Part shown: in pieces, positions 45,355 to 59,230 of the stretch
Layout of the letters: every line of letters starts with the position of its first letter
How positions within the stretch are numbered: position 1 is the stretch's first letter
From: Eledone cirrhosa
Taxonomy: Eukaryota
Direction: 5' to 3'
Assembly (NCBI GenBank): GCA_964016885.1
Contig: OZ024742.1
Location: 60,636,001 to 60,700,000 of the forward strand
Length of the DNA: 64,000 nucleotides
The notes under the pieces: generated by a model
What the model was told of the DNA's origin: nothing
The model's database searches: none
Seen by the model: the letters and a program-made list of their open reading frames with translations, nothing else
Translations under genes and position numbers: made by a program

Positions 45355-45555
45355 GCACCGGCATGGCTGTGTGGCGGTGTGGTAAAGGAGTTCACTTCAC
45401 TATGCAAACATGCTTTCAAATTTCATACTTACTTCGTGTTGTCGCATTGTGTTCGTTGTCAAGTGTCTTCTAGTTTCTCATATAGCCGGGACTGACCATT
45501 GCATTTTGTGAGAAATTTTTAGACGGAATGCATGTGCAAAGAATCTCGCCGTATA
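45355..45555 (+). mobile_element. Degenerate tRNA-related SINE
   Basis: gcatggctgtgtgg..gtggtaa head and caagtgtcttct motif; resembles an octopus SINE as recalled, not searched. Confidence 0.5.
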
Positions 45556-45914
45556 TATGTATGTTTGTTATATACACTTGAAAAAAATCAATAAAATATA
45601 ATAATGTTAGTGTCAATATGATCGCCTGCTGAACCGTTTCAAGGAGGTACCCCAGTATAGCCGCAGTCTAATAACTGAAACCATTAAAACTGAAAATTAA
45701 TTCCCTTACTTCTTTCTCCCGGTACTTTCTGTATTGCTTTTTTTCTGTGTTATCTGACAGACAATAACTCACTTTAATTTGTCGTAGTTTCAACACAATT
45801 GTACAAAATGAAAACGATAATTCTGTGAAGAGAAATATATCAATATTACTTGATAGAATAGTTTTCCATATCCGGCGTGTGTTCTGCTTTTCATGAAAAA
45901 GCGAAGACAATTAA

Positions 45915-46390
45915 GAGGTATTACGAAAAAGTATCCAGCCTCAGGTTAGGCAACATTATAATGGCTAATCTTCTTCAAATTAGCCCTCTGGAGCGTCCAA
46001 ACACTTAGCACAGCAATGTCTGGAATGCTTCTTTCAGAACGTCACTCAGTTCCACCATCACTGCCTGTACGTTGTTCTTTTGGATCTCATTTGGGAAGCC
46101 TTTCAGTGGCATCTTCATATTGGTGCAAAAAACAAAAGAAACACATCTGGAAGACAAGTCTTAAGAGTAAGAAAAGTGAGAAATTAGCGAAATGCATTTC
46201 TTTGCCAAGAAATCTTGAATGAGGTGCGGCAAATGAGCCGAGGCGTGGTCATAATGCACATGCTAGGTTTTTGAGGTCCAGAGATCCTGTCTCTTGTACG
46301 GAAATTCATCACTGAGAGTTTGCAGGAGTTCCTTATGCAACTCTTTGTCCTTGTCCTGTTGATAGTCTCTGGTCAAGAACGATGCATGAA
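45915..46390 (-). mobile_element. Decayed mariner transposase 3' end
   Basis: Minus strand gives HYDHASAH, PDVFLLF-like, LKGFP, EAFQ and NLK/YFE-like pieces, then a TIR-like end. Confidence 0.55.
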
Positions 46391-47035
46391 ACTTCCAATT
46401 CTTTATCGAGTCGAGAAAGTATACGTCTTACCTTATAAATTAACATTCAACGTGGCTGAGTTCTGCAGATTTAGATGCACTTAAGTGAAATCTACAGAGA
46501 ATATGATGAGGACGGAGTCAATCTTCGAGAACGAGATGTAACTGTTCCATTTGTTTTTCGGGTAAGCGACCTTTACATTAAATTAAAGTGCAAATCCCGT
46601 CGACGTTAACTTTGCCTTTCATCCTTTCGAAGTAGTGAAATATATTGGCCAGTATCGACTCCAATATTTCTATCAGTTCCTCTCCTTTTCTTAGCCTGGA
46701 AGCTGTAAGCTTTCTTCACATTTGGAGAGCGATGGGCTCAACGAAGGTTGAAATGCTCATGACACGTCGTGTAACATGAGGGTATGGCTACGAAGCCGTT
46801 AAGTGTTCAAGGCTAGGAAAACAAATACGAATAACATTATCTAATCATTTTCTTTCATCACATTTATTTCACATACGAATTAGCACCTGTTATAGAACCA
46901 TGGCAAATATAGAGTAAACTATGATTAAGTGACTTGCTGCATGATGTTTAACAATCTTAATATTAGTGTTGTGAACAACTCACCACAGTAACGTTATACG
47001 TATATCTGTACACAGCATGAAAACACACACAAGGA

Positions 47036-47386
<351 letters not shown>

Positions 47387-47393
47387 GTGCGTG

Positions 47394-47427
<34 letters not shown>

Positions 47428-48679
47428 TGTGTGTGTGTGTGTACAGTGATAGAAACAATGAGAGAAAGAGAGTGGAGCTTTATTTAATGTCGTTTTACTA
47501 AATGTTATATGTAGGGATGGTGTGAGATTTCAGTTTAATCATATACAATTATCAGAGCAAGCTGTCTTAATTGTGTTGTATTAAATTATTAAGTACGGCT
47601 GAATAGACACTGAGAAAATGAACTTTGCTGAGTGGCCAGTGGAATTCCAGGAAGATGTTGATTGAAATAGCTATAATGAAGGTGTGGCTATGTTCATGTT
47701 TCCTTCTCTATCTTTTATTCTAATTTAGACACAAAACCAGTTATTTGGAGAGGAGTGGATTATATTGACCACAGTGCTTGACTGATATTTTATTTTGTCG
47801 AACTCAAAATGTTGAAAATGATAATTGAATATAATTTGAACTCGGAAATTAAAACCCAAAATTTTAAATTATATATATATATATATATATGTGTGTGTAT
47901 GTGTGTGTGTATATATATATATCATGCTAACCATCCAAACAGACACACGTAACACCTTCTGTATTCGAAAATGAAAACCAAGCTAAATAAACCTTAACAT
48001 ACGTTAATACTCTAACACCTTAACATGCTAACCATACCCCAGACACACCATTTCTACTAACGGAATCATCCCCCCCCCCACACACACAAATATATGTTCT
48101 CTCCATCTTAACATGCTAAACATACTCCCACACTAACATACACACACACGCCTAAGTCCCTCCCCCACATCTACTAATAGAATCCCCCCCCCACACACAC
48201 ACACACCAGCACACAAATAAAAATACATATCTTTACTTTCAGCACATCAGCCATACTCACTGAACCAGAACAATTCTCCCCATCCCTTTTTCTTGCCCAT
48301 TATCTTTTGTTTGGCACAAAATTCTCTAAATGGCTACAAATAAATTCCAAAATACGGGCGCGAAATTTAATATACTTGTTCACGCGAGAATCATAATTGC
48401 ATTTATAACCAATCGAATTACATTTATTTAAAAAAACTTTTTTGAGCGACTTTTATAAGTAGAAAGAAACTCAAACACAAACTGGCCCGAAAGTTTATGT
48501 GCTTATTCACGTGACTGCATCAACTAACCAAATTTCACTCATATATGAAAAAACAATCTGAGCCCCTCCCCCCCCCTTTTTTTTTAAAGGCAAATATAAT
48601 ATGAACTTTGTAACGCGAAAACCTATCATTTTGAGCCACTTTTTTTCCATAAAACAGAAGTAATATTCGAACACCAACC

Positions 48680-48880
48680 AGATGCGAGAAAAGCCACAAA
48701 CCCTTCATCTCAATTCTACTTTTGAAAAGCACAAGAACTGCGAAACCGGTAAACGAACCAAATAAATATTCTTAAAAAGACTCCAGTTGCATTTTCTATT
48801 TGATCTTTTTTCCCTATACTTTCACTCGTGTAGGACATCTCGTTTTTTTTTCATTTTGTAAAAAAAACTAATTTTCTAAC
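48680..48880 (+). mobile_element. Diverged family C copy with hammerhead (48718-48755)
   Basis: ctt-ttgaaaa-gcac aagaa ctgc-gaaa-ccgg-ta-aac. Confidence 0.75.
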
Positions 48881-48899
48881 ACACACACACACACACACA

Positions 48900-48961
<62 letters not shown>

Positions 48962-49931
48962 TAGAGAGATAGAATATAATGCTTCTAAATACTTTTTCAA
49001 CGCTCTAATGAAGCCGACAATCCATCATCTCCTTTTCGTTCATAATATTGTTTCAAATTTAGGCACATGGCCATTAGTATTGTTGGGAGAGTAATTCGAT
49101 TAAATTCACCCAGCTACTTCACTGGAACTTTATTTGATCAAACCCAGTATATGAAATGTGACGTTGATTGTGGCGCGAAAGGAAAAAGCAGAAACAAATA
49201 CAGCTATCTATTAGTCCGGCCCTTTAATGATTTTCAATCCAGCGCTCCCTTTCGGCTATAATATTAATCACATAAAAGATGTGGGATGTCCATAGAATTT
49301 TCAGGCATTTCCGTATGGTGCCAACATAGCAGTGTCATTAGAAAGGAGAACAACATGCCATATTCTATTCTATTTCACTTCTCTGCAATCCCAGAACATA
49401 TACTACTATTTAAATAGATGTGAATTTAGTTCTACTGATGGTCTTTATGACAGAGTGGAGTAAACCACAGGAATTAGAAACACGATTACCCGCTGAAGTA
49501 GAAAAACATCTGGATGACAGCTATCTAGACCCCCCTCTTCTTAGAGGTGTAGGAGGAATGAAGGGTCAAAGCATATGTCTGATGGGAATCCGCTTCTGAG
49601 AAAACTCTTGCTGTCAGCTCGCCCCACCACCAGTTCCCACGTACTCATTTAAGATTATATAAAATTAGTTAACTGTAGTGACAATTGATAAATTGTTGCT
49701 AATAATCTTTTCTGCATGTGGATATGAATTTATATATTCGCGACAGGAAAGTAAAAATCACATTACAAATATTTATGTTTCTAAAGGAAATTATGTTGGC
49801 TATGAAGACAAATGTGATACCGGCGTATTTCATGAAAATTATTCTTGAAATTGTGATTAAATGTTACAATACGTTGATTTAACGTTCGTGGAAAATATAC
49901 ATTTAATCTTAAACTTAAGCCTGGTGCTATT

Positions 49932-50409
<478 letters not shown>

Positions 50410-50415
<6 letters not shown>

Positions 50416-50625
50416 AAGTTTTTGGAGGGCCATGTTGCCATTAAGAAACACACGCACCAATTGATTTCACTTCAATTTATTATAAATTAAATTTATAATA
50501 AATGTAAGTGAAAGTAGCTGGTGCGTGTGTTTCTTATTGTCAACATGACCCTCCCAAAGCATAACAATATCGGTTTCAACACACATTTTCAGATAAAGAA
50601 TCTTGCTAAACAAATTCAGAAACGA
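50410..50625. mobile_element. Fold-back of the 3' tail of the 24200-25766 PLE family; another piece at 39908-39987
   Basis: ggtgcgtgtgtttcttattg.caacatgaccctcc.aaag.ataacaat is shared with 25718-25766. Confidence 0.8.
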
Positions 50626-50766
50626 TATATATATATATATATAAGAGTACAGAAAGTGAGTTCAAAACGTTGGCTAATATTTTCTTAGAATATAATCCAG
50701 ATATATGAAATGGAAGCATAATACTAATTCAAGAGTCGTCGTATAATTTAGTTAATGTATTTAATA

Positions 50767-50958
50767 TAATTGTTTCTAACTTTGGCACAAGGCCAGCAGT
50801 TATTCCAGTGTATTACTGGTACTTTATTTTATCGACCCCGTAAGGATGAAAGGCAAAGTTAACCTCGGCGGGATATGAACTCAGACCATAAAGGGCTGTA
50901 ACTCTTTGCTGCAAAGCATGGCGTCCAACCCTCTACCGATACTGCCAATCCACCGCCA
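50767..50958 (-). mobile_element. SINE copy; another at about 51650-51800
   Basis: Reverse complement of 13189-13377. Confidence 0.8.
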
Positions 50959-52253
50959 AATGTATTTAATAAAATATTTTGTAAAGCAGACAGGAATATA
51001 TACTGAATAACTAATATACGATTTAGTATAATTTTTGTAATAAGGTACATTACCATCATCTTTGGTTGCTATATATTAGAGGATAAGACTAGTGAATTAT
51101 CTAAGTTGTTAGATTGTAGGACAATAAGTTTTGCAACACCCGTTTCGGTTTTCTAACGTCATCATGTGTCGTCGTTTAGAGGTTGGTGGAATTTGATAAA
51201 GTGTCGAACAGTCTGTCATCTTGTGACGCTTTGCATTTTAAATTGAAATCCAAATTTGACATATCTGTTTAAAACCGGCTTAACACTATCAGTTGGCGCT
51301 ATGGTACCTTTAGATAACTCCTCTCCTCAACTTCTAAAATCCCCCACGGGGAGTTCCATGAAATAAAGTGCCTCCAAAACGGGAAGAAATGAGGCAAAAT
51401 GGGAAGAATTTACATAATGAAAGCTATACCCATTTTCGCAAGAGAAGACGTCTCTCACCCACTCCAAACTAGGTGGGAGATCTCCCGGTTGGACGGGGAC
51501 GTTGATAAGCCTGTCGCTTCTGCAAGCATTAGGCCCAGTCCCGAGGTTTAAATGCACATCCCTTCCTTCCTTTCTCATATCAGTATTACATGCCTCGAAG
51601 GTGGCATTTAATGTGCACTGCACTTTCCCCTTTGACTAAACAAAATATATAATTGTTTCTACTTTTGGCAGAAGGTCGGCAATTACTCCAGTTCATTACT
51701 GGTCCTTTATTTATCGACCCGTATGGATGGAAGGCAAAGTTCACATCGGCGGGATTTGAACTCAAGCTGTAAAGAACCGTAACTCCAAGCTGCAAAGCGT
51801 TTTGCACCTACTAGCAGAAGCGGAACAGGTTATATAAGGATTTGAGTGCAAAATACACAGTGCCAGAAGAGACACCGTCTCTTTAACAATTTTTCCAATC
51901 CACTGCTCCTGGACTAATACTAAATTTATCGGCCAGGAAACGAATTGATGAAAAGAAGATTTGACTTCGGTTGGATTTGAACTCAGAGCGCAAATTATTG
52001 AAACATATACCGAATAATATATTCCGAAACGCTTACGACTCTGCTATATGTGAAAAGGAGCTTAAAACGAAACAAGTAAAAGAAATTAAAGATTCAAGGT
52101 TTTTTTAAAGAATTAATCTATATAATAATATATTCTCTTACCTTAATTTGCTCCAACTACTGACTACAGGGTATCGTAGTTACTTTATCATTTCTAATTA
52201 GTAAACCAGCATGGAATCAATATTTACTCGATATTGTATATAAATATGATAAA

Positions 52254-52484
<231 letters not shown>

Positions 52485-54021
52485 GTATCATATATATATA
52501 TATAACACCGTCTGTGTGTGTGTTGTTCTCTCATGTATCATCACAATATTTCACATAATAAGGATATAATAAAAACAACCTAAACACATCGTAAGAAATA
52601 TTTGTATCAGATTTAATGAAATCTCAACCCCAACGGTTCCCTGTATCATTAATCATAACTTGAAATATTTCAATATCATATATACTGATAGATAGTAGTG
52701 GCATAGATAAGCAATGCCTCAGGGACTGAAGAAATGTGTGATAATACAGGAAACTTAAGAAGAGCTTTTGGCGCTGCCATGACTGATTGGTGAAGAAGTT
52801 CGTTTGCCAATCACGAAACACAGGGTTCTATCCTGCGTCCTAATTTGTGCGAGTATATTTACCGTAGCGTCGTGTCGAACGAGATTATTTGAGCTGAATT
52901 CCAATTGAATCTTTGCATCTGCCATTCAAATGTCCTGCCCTGTCATCGTTTTGCTAATTCCACCTAAAAATTATGTTATAGGTAAACGTGTATATGGCAT
53001 CATCAACAATTGTTTCATTCATTTTAAACAATGAAGTGAAATACGATCAGTCCGAGTTGTTTTCATTGCTAGTATGATCCTCCCGAAGTACAGCAAATTC
53101 CTTTTCATTATACGAGCTCAAAACTTTAATCATATTCCAGGATTTATAGTAATTTTACTAATTGCCTCCAAAAAGAATTTAGTAAAGTTAATGAGTATAT
53201 ATTCGGGTGAGATTTGGAAGTTTATTTTATTTATTATTCGATCTTTTGTAGCTATTTAATCTAATACAGGTTCTAATTCTGATGAATGATTTAAGATTGT
53301 CTTGGATGGTGCTTTATGATCATCTACACTGTTTTGCATTGATTAATTGTATATGTTTTCATGGCTATTATTTTCTAATAACATATGATTCATATACATT
53401 TTACAATTTATTTATTACTGCCCAGATTCCCGTCGCACTGTTTGTGGTTTGCATAAAGACAAAGTCTCACTGAATTGCTACAGAATTATATCAGTGTCCA
53501 GGTTTTACTAAGTGCGACGGAGATAGAACCATCATGCAAAGTTCATATCTACGGGATTTGAACTCAAACGAAATGTGCCGGTTAAAAAAATAAATCATTT
53601 TCATCCGACATCTTAAGGGCATTGGAAATTTGTCGCTTTACTTACGTATAAAACGAACCATATATACATACGTTATTGGAAACTGGTAAAGACATTAAAG
53701 TGTATCTTAAGTGGGAAATCAGCTTCCCCGTCCTATATTCTTTATTGAGTTGCTGCGTTTGTTTTTCAATTCAAATAAATATGTGTTATATGGACGGGGG
53801 GGATAACTTTAGACATTGTATATAGGATCGATTTCATCCTTAGTGGTATGGAGTTATCTCTTGTACGTTGAAACTTCAAAAAATATATAAATTCCTGAAG
53901 ATATGTAGAACAAGAGACAGATTCATCGGATGTACTGTGGTATGGCCCACCGGTCTGCATTGAAACATATGTAGAATTAAAATTATGTTTTAAGTATAAC
54001 TTGGTTATTTTATCTTTATTA

Positions 54022-54090
<69 letters not shown>

Positions 54091-54297
54091 TAACAGATTA
54101 AAGTTTAAGCAAAGAATCGCTGCTTTCACCCTTAACGGCATCTTCTGAAACTAACAAAGTCAATATTGTTTATATATATATATATTTATATTATTTTTTT
54201 TTTCCCTCTTCTTCACCCGTTTTTTTCTCAGCCTCACTTTCATATTTCTTAAATGTTGTTTTCAAATCCATATTTAATAAAGACACCATGTTTTTTA

Positions 54298-54352
54298 TTC
54301 ATTCTGACGACTGAAAACAGATGTAGCATCTGCTTTCAAGAAATTAAATGAA
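54298..54352 (+). ncRNA. Type I hammerhead (family N) with near-absent stem III
   Basis: ttcatt-CTGACGA-ctgaaaacagatg tag catctgctttcaa-GAAA-t-TA-aatgaa. Confidence 0.75.
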
Positions 54353-54396
54353 ATAATTATCTTATGTTGTATATTACATACTATATGTATATATAT

Positions 54397-54468
<72 letters not shown>

Positions 54469-54575
54469 ATAATAATAAATTTGAAGACTAAAATCCAAAG
54501 AGGGCTCGATAAGGATAAATATATATCAAATATATAAGAACCGTAGAGCAAATATTTATTAAAATAACAGATTAA

Positions 54576-54626
54576 AGTTTAAGCAAAGAATCGCTGCTTT
54601 CACCCTTAACGGGATCTTCTGAAACT
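54576..54626 (-). ncRNA. Family I hammerhead-like motif with CAGAAGA core; another copy at 54102-54152
   Basis: agttt-CAGAAGA-t-ccc gttaa ggg-t-GAAA-gcagcgattctttgc-TT-aaact. Confidence 0.65.
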
Positions 54627-54777
54627 AACAAAGTCAATCTGTAAACGCAGAACTGGATATTTCAAAAAAACGTTGCAACCGGAGGAGACTGGAAGACGAT
54701 ACTTTGGTTCGTGGAAACGTTCGCTGGCTATGCAAATAAGTAAAGACAGCTGACAATATATACTTTTCTCATCTGTG

Positions 54778-55130
54778 CAAATGCGGTGATTAATGTCATT
54801 TGCATATGAAGCTGCATAAGTTGGCTTATCTTATAATAAAAAAGAAATAGGATTTCGCTTCAAGCATAGCTTATACAATATGTATAAATATTTTTATTAT
54901 AAGTTGAGCCAACTTATGCAGCTTCATATGCAAATTAGATTAATCACCTCATTTGCTGTTAAGCCTGAAATGCATAGACGGTTGTCCCCCTTGCTTCTGC
55001 TGGACATGACCAGAGGGGATTAGCCACCCGGTGTTTGCATAGCTACGGCTTCCTAAAACTGTATTTCTTTGGAGATACAAAATATTTATACATATTCTAT
55101 AAAGCTATGCTTGAAGCCAAATCCTATTTC

Positions 55131-55134
<4 letters not shown>
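54778..55134. repeat. Interleaved double inverted repeat
   Basis: 54778-54838 pairs with 54895-54957; 54844-54893 pairs with about 55080-55130. Confidence 0.8.
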
Positions 55135-55191
<57 letters not shown>

Positions 55192-55338
55192 CTTGGCAAT
55201 ATATATATATAAGCTCCCCAAGTATAACAATATATATATATATACTTAGGTTAATAGGAGTTAGGTATTGTATACCCGTGTCCCATTAAGGTATTGGCAG
55301 CATAATAATTAGCTCTATGCTTTGGAGCAGAGCCGTAT

Positions 55339-56240
55339 ATATGAAAAAGAACACAAGAGCGTCTACAACATCAAAAGATTTTTATGGGTTTACAATGTTT
55401 CTTCCTTACGTAACCGTAGGATTCGTCAGAGCTATAAAAGGGGTTTGATTGGTGTTATGGACTCTACCAACCAAACATTCAAGAACAAAGAGTAAAGAGA
55501 GTAAAGAGCAAAAGTAGGGGACGATAAGTCTAATTTTGGTGCGGGAGGGTGGGGTGTGGGTCCTTGTTTACTAGCTGCGGTCATATTCATTCCCGGGAGT
55601 CGGGTGGTTAGCTGAACCATAGATGGGGTGGCGTCGATAGTATGGTGCAGAGGGTGCGCAGAGGCTACACAAACACAAAGGGCATACAATATATATATAT
55701 ATATATATAGCGTATATCTGCATTGGAATTTACGAACTAGTGCATCTGCTGTGGTGTCAAAAGCAAACGCGCATGACCGCACAGATAAACAATGGACCAC
55801 GCCACGTGGCTTGAACCCGTAAGTGAATTGAAGGTTCTGCAACTCTGATACACAGATTATTTATTATTAAGATGTATAAACTTGACATAACTATTATCAT
55901 CTTATATTCTCTCAACTAATCACACTTGATCATATTTCTCTATCCCGTTTTCTCCTCCCATAATTATTATATTTTTATTTTTATTATTATTTGAAAAAAA
56001 TCGTTTTTTTTACGTTGTGTTTTCCCCTCCAAATATTCGCTTATATTTCTTTATATATTCTCTATATATTTTTTTATCTTTATTATTTCCACTTTTATCC
56101 TCCTTTATATTTTACCTTATTCTTACTTTTATACCTTATTATAGTGTAATCTTCCCCATGCCTTATTATACACTATTAATTATAGATTATTATTATTACT
56201 CTTTTTCCATTTCTAATTACCTCATGTACTTTCTCCTCCG

Positions 56241-56273
<33 letters not shown>

Positions 56274-56617
56274 ATGCCCTTTGTGTTTGTGTAGCCTCTG
56301 CGCACCCTCTGCACCATACTATCGACGCCACCCCATCTATGGTTCAGCTAACCGCCCGACTCCCGAGAATGAATATGACCGCAGCTAGTAAACAAGGACC
56401 CACACCCCACCCTCCCGCCCCAAAATTAGACTTATCGTCCCCTACTTTTGCTCTTTACTCTCTTTACTCTTTGTTCTTGAATGTTTGGTTGGTAGAGTCC
56501 ATAACACCAATCAAACCCCTTTTATAGCTCTGACGAATCCTACGGTTACGTAAGGAAGAAACATTATAAGCCAATAAAAATCTTTTGATGTTGTAGACGC
56601 TCTTGTGTTCTTTTTCA
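55339..56617. mobile_element. Family H fold-back element, about 370-bp inverted arms each with a hammerhead
   Basis: 55339-55710 is the reverse complement of 56241-56617. Confidence 0.88.
56527..56571 (+). ncRNA. Type I hammerhead (family H); mirror copy at 55388-55432
   Basis: gct-CTGACGA-a-tcctacg gtta cgtaagga-a-GAAA-catta-TA-agc. Confidence 0.8.
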
Positions 56618-56760
56618 TATATATATATATATTCAGGAACAATCGACTTTCGTCGAATCGGACCGAGGAAACAATGTTTCCGTTGGTCTTTCCAATATAT
56701 ATATATTTCCAATATATATATATATATATATATATACTTATTTATATCTATATATATACA

Positions 56761-57590
56761 TAGAATGGAAAACGAAAAATCAGTGAAGCATCGGAACTCA
56801 ATTTATTGTGTTACAATTGTTTCCCCGGCGAACAGCTCGAGGTGCGATCTGTGTGTGGATCAACCTGACTCTAAACTCAGGTTCCTCAGACACGTCTACT
56901 TATTTCGGAGCATGTCCTCTTTCTTGGGTTCCTGATCCTACAGGTCTGTATCGTCCACCTTCATCCGCTTTGCGCGTCCTTGGGTTGGTCACTGGTTAGT
57001 GGCGTCATCATTATTCTGACCACTTGTAACAGCCCGCTGACCGTCAGTGGGTGAGCTGTCACTCACCCACTGTCCCGTCGGCAAAATTACTGCTGTTTGT
57101 CAGCTCACACACACACACACACACACAGACATAGAGATACTGACATATACATACATAGTAGCTTGTGTGCTTAAGTTCACACATGCACGCCCAGAAGCAT
57201 ACACACATATCCATGTGTACACATACACATAAATAGTCACACAAATATACGCATACATGCACACGGAGAGGCACATACACAAACACACACACGCGTGTAT
57301 ATACGCAGGCATATACGCATACACACACACATACGTGCAACTGTATATATACCGGCACACACACGTACGCATTCGTACATATACATGCAGTACATACACG
57401 CGCAGATATATATACATACATACACATACATACACACTTATGCACATCCGCACATATATATCCCTATATGCACACATACATATATATATATATATACACC
57501 TACCCACACGCCGACACACACGTCTACACTCATACGTCTACACATATGTATACATATACATACACACACACAAATATACATATATATATA
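56761..57590 (-). mobile_element. Family G non-coding element; inverted counterpart at about 61920-62680
   Basis: Same terminus (tagaatggaaaacg) and colinear similarity. Confidence 0.85.
56808..56893 (-). ncRNA. Hammerhead with multi-hairpin stem II (family G); copy at 62546-62633 (+)
   Basis: gtgt-CTGAGGA-acctga..tcaggt-tgatc..gatc-...-GAAAA-caattg-TA-acac. Confidence 0.65.
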
Positions 57591-58402
57591 TAGGAACGAG
57601 TAGGACCCCGACGGCTGAGCTCAAGCCGTTTCGATGGATAATTCTGGACTAAATGAAAATTTTTATCCTGGTATATGAATAGCCGAGCTTCTCAGGGGGT
57701 AATTCCATATATGGTAAAAGTGATTGTCACAAGGATTGTTCAAAAGTTTGTTGTTGAGACACATAATTCTATCATGGCAATTTGTGGAAGGAAGGGGTAG
57801 CTGAACCTGCCAGTAGAAGAAAGAGGGAGAGGGGGTGGAGGAAACCCAGTCGTGCGTTGATAGTGCCAACTACAGCAGGGCAGAAGGTCAAGTAAGTATA
57901 CTAGGGAGGGGGAGGGGGAGGAAGTCGAAACAATTAGTAACACAATATGGGGTAAATATATAGAAAAATACCGAGAATGTTAAAAAACAATTAAATATAA
58001 AAAAAAGCAATTTCTGGTTACTATAACCTAAGGACAGCTACAAGTCTCTCACTGGTACTGCTAGACTAAAGAAAGGTTTACTAGGTGGGACAGAATTATA
58101 ATGAGACCCTTTTAAGAGGTAGTAGTAATCAACCGAGGATATCTTACGGTGACGGGTCAACAAGTGGGGGGCCAAAATACTTAAGAAACTACCACGAAAT
58201 AATAATTCAGAGTCCCGAGACTAATACAAAATAATGGTTTCTACCCTAGGACAAGGCCAGCAACCACCCAGTGCAAAAAGTAAACTAATACGAAATAATA
58301 ATTCAGAATCCCGAAAAAGAATACTAATACTATCTCTAAGGGTGCCGCTACGATACAAAAATTCTAGTGCAAACTACATAAATCTCCCTCCGCATATCTC
58401 GT

Positions 58403-59230
58403 TTGTCCGCTAATGAGCAGATATTCGAGGAACATGCGCTTTATTACAACCAGGCCCTCAAGCGGAGTGGTTTCCGGGAGGAAATATCCTACTGTCCAGC
58501 TTCCATTAGCGGAGCCAGCAGCCGACACCGCCGCTCACGCAATGTAACATGGTTCAATCCTCCCCACAACGCCGAGGTGACAACTCCTATCGGTAAAATC
58601 TTCTTTAGGCTCATTGAAAAACACTTCCCACTACAACACCTCTACCACAACATAATTAACAAAAATACCATCAAACACTCCTACAGCACCACACCAAACT
58701 TTGCACAAAACATCGTCTCCTCTAACAACAAAAAACTCAACCCCTATGGAAGAAATAACCTAAATAGCAGTGGAGAGCCGACCAGGAGGTGCAACAGTCC
58801 TGATGGATCCATTTGCCCCCTCGATAACAGATGCAGAGATCGTAATATGATCTACCAGTGCAACGTGATGACGGACACCTCCAACAAAGCTTATATAGGA
58901 TTAACCGCATGTGACTTCAAGACCCGGCTATACCAACACAGACATACCTTCCGGAACCCGGCCCGGCGTCACGCCACTACACTTTCGGGCCACATATGGG
59001 ACCTCAAGGATAACAATATTACCTATGATCTCACTTGGAGCTTACTGTCCAGAGCCAACTCTTACACAGGAGGACGCCGTCCGTGCAATTTATGCTTGGA
59101 GGAAACTTTACAAATGCTGTTTTCGACGGACCAACTCCTAAACAAGAAAGATGAACTGGTAACTGCATACAAACACAGATTGCGTAGGACTTACCTCGCC
59201 CTCAAACCCCATTATGACCCGGCGGGGTAG
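58403..59230 (+). CDS. PLE C-terminal region with GIY-YIG endonuclease (5'-truncated)
   Basis: YYNQALKRSGF, TWFNPP, CPLDNRC, MIYQCNV...YIGLT..FKTRLYQH, CNLCLEE, LLNKKDEL. Confidence 0.9.
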   Translation: MSANEQIFEEHALYYNQALKRSGFREEISYCPASISGASSRHRRSRNVTWFNPPHNAEVTTPIGKIFFRLIEKHFPLQHLYHNIINKNTIKHSYSTTPNFAQNIVSSNNKKLNPYGRNNLNSSGEPTRRCNSPDGSICPLDNRCRDRNMIYQCNVMTDTSNKAYIGLTACDFKTRLYQHRHTFRNPARRHATTLSGHIWDLKDNNITYDLTWSLLSRANSYTGGRRPCNLCLEETLQMLFSTDQLLNKKDELVTAYKHRLRRTYLALKPHYDPAG

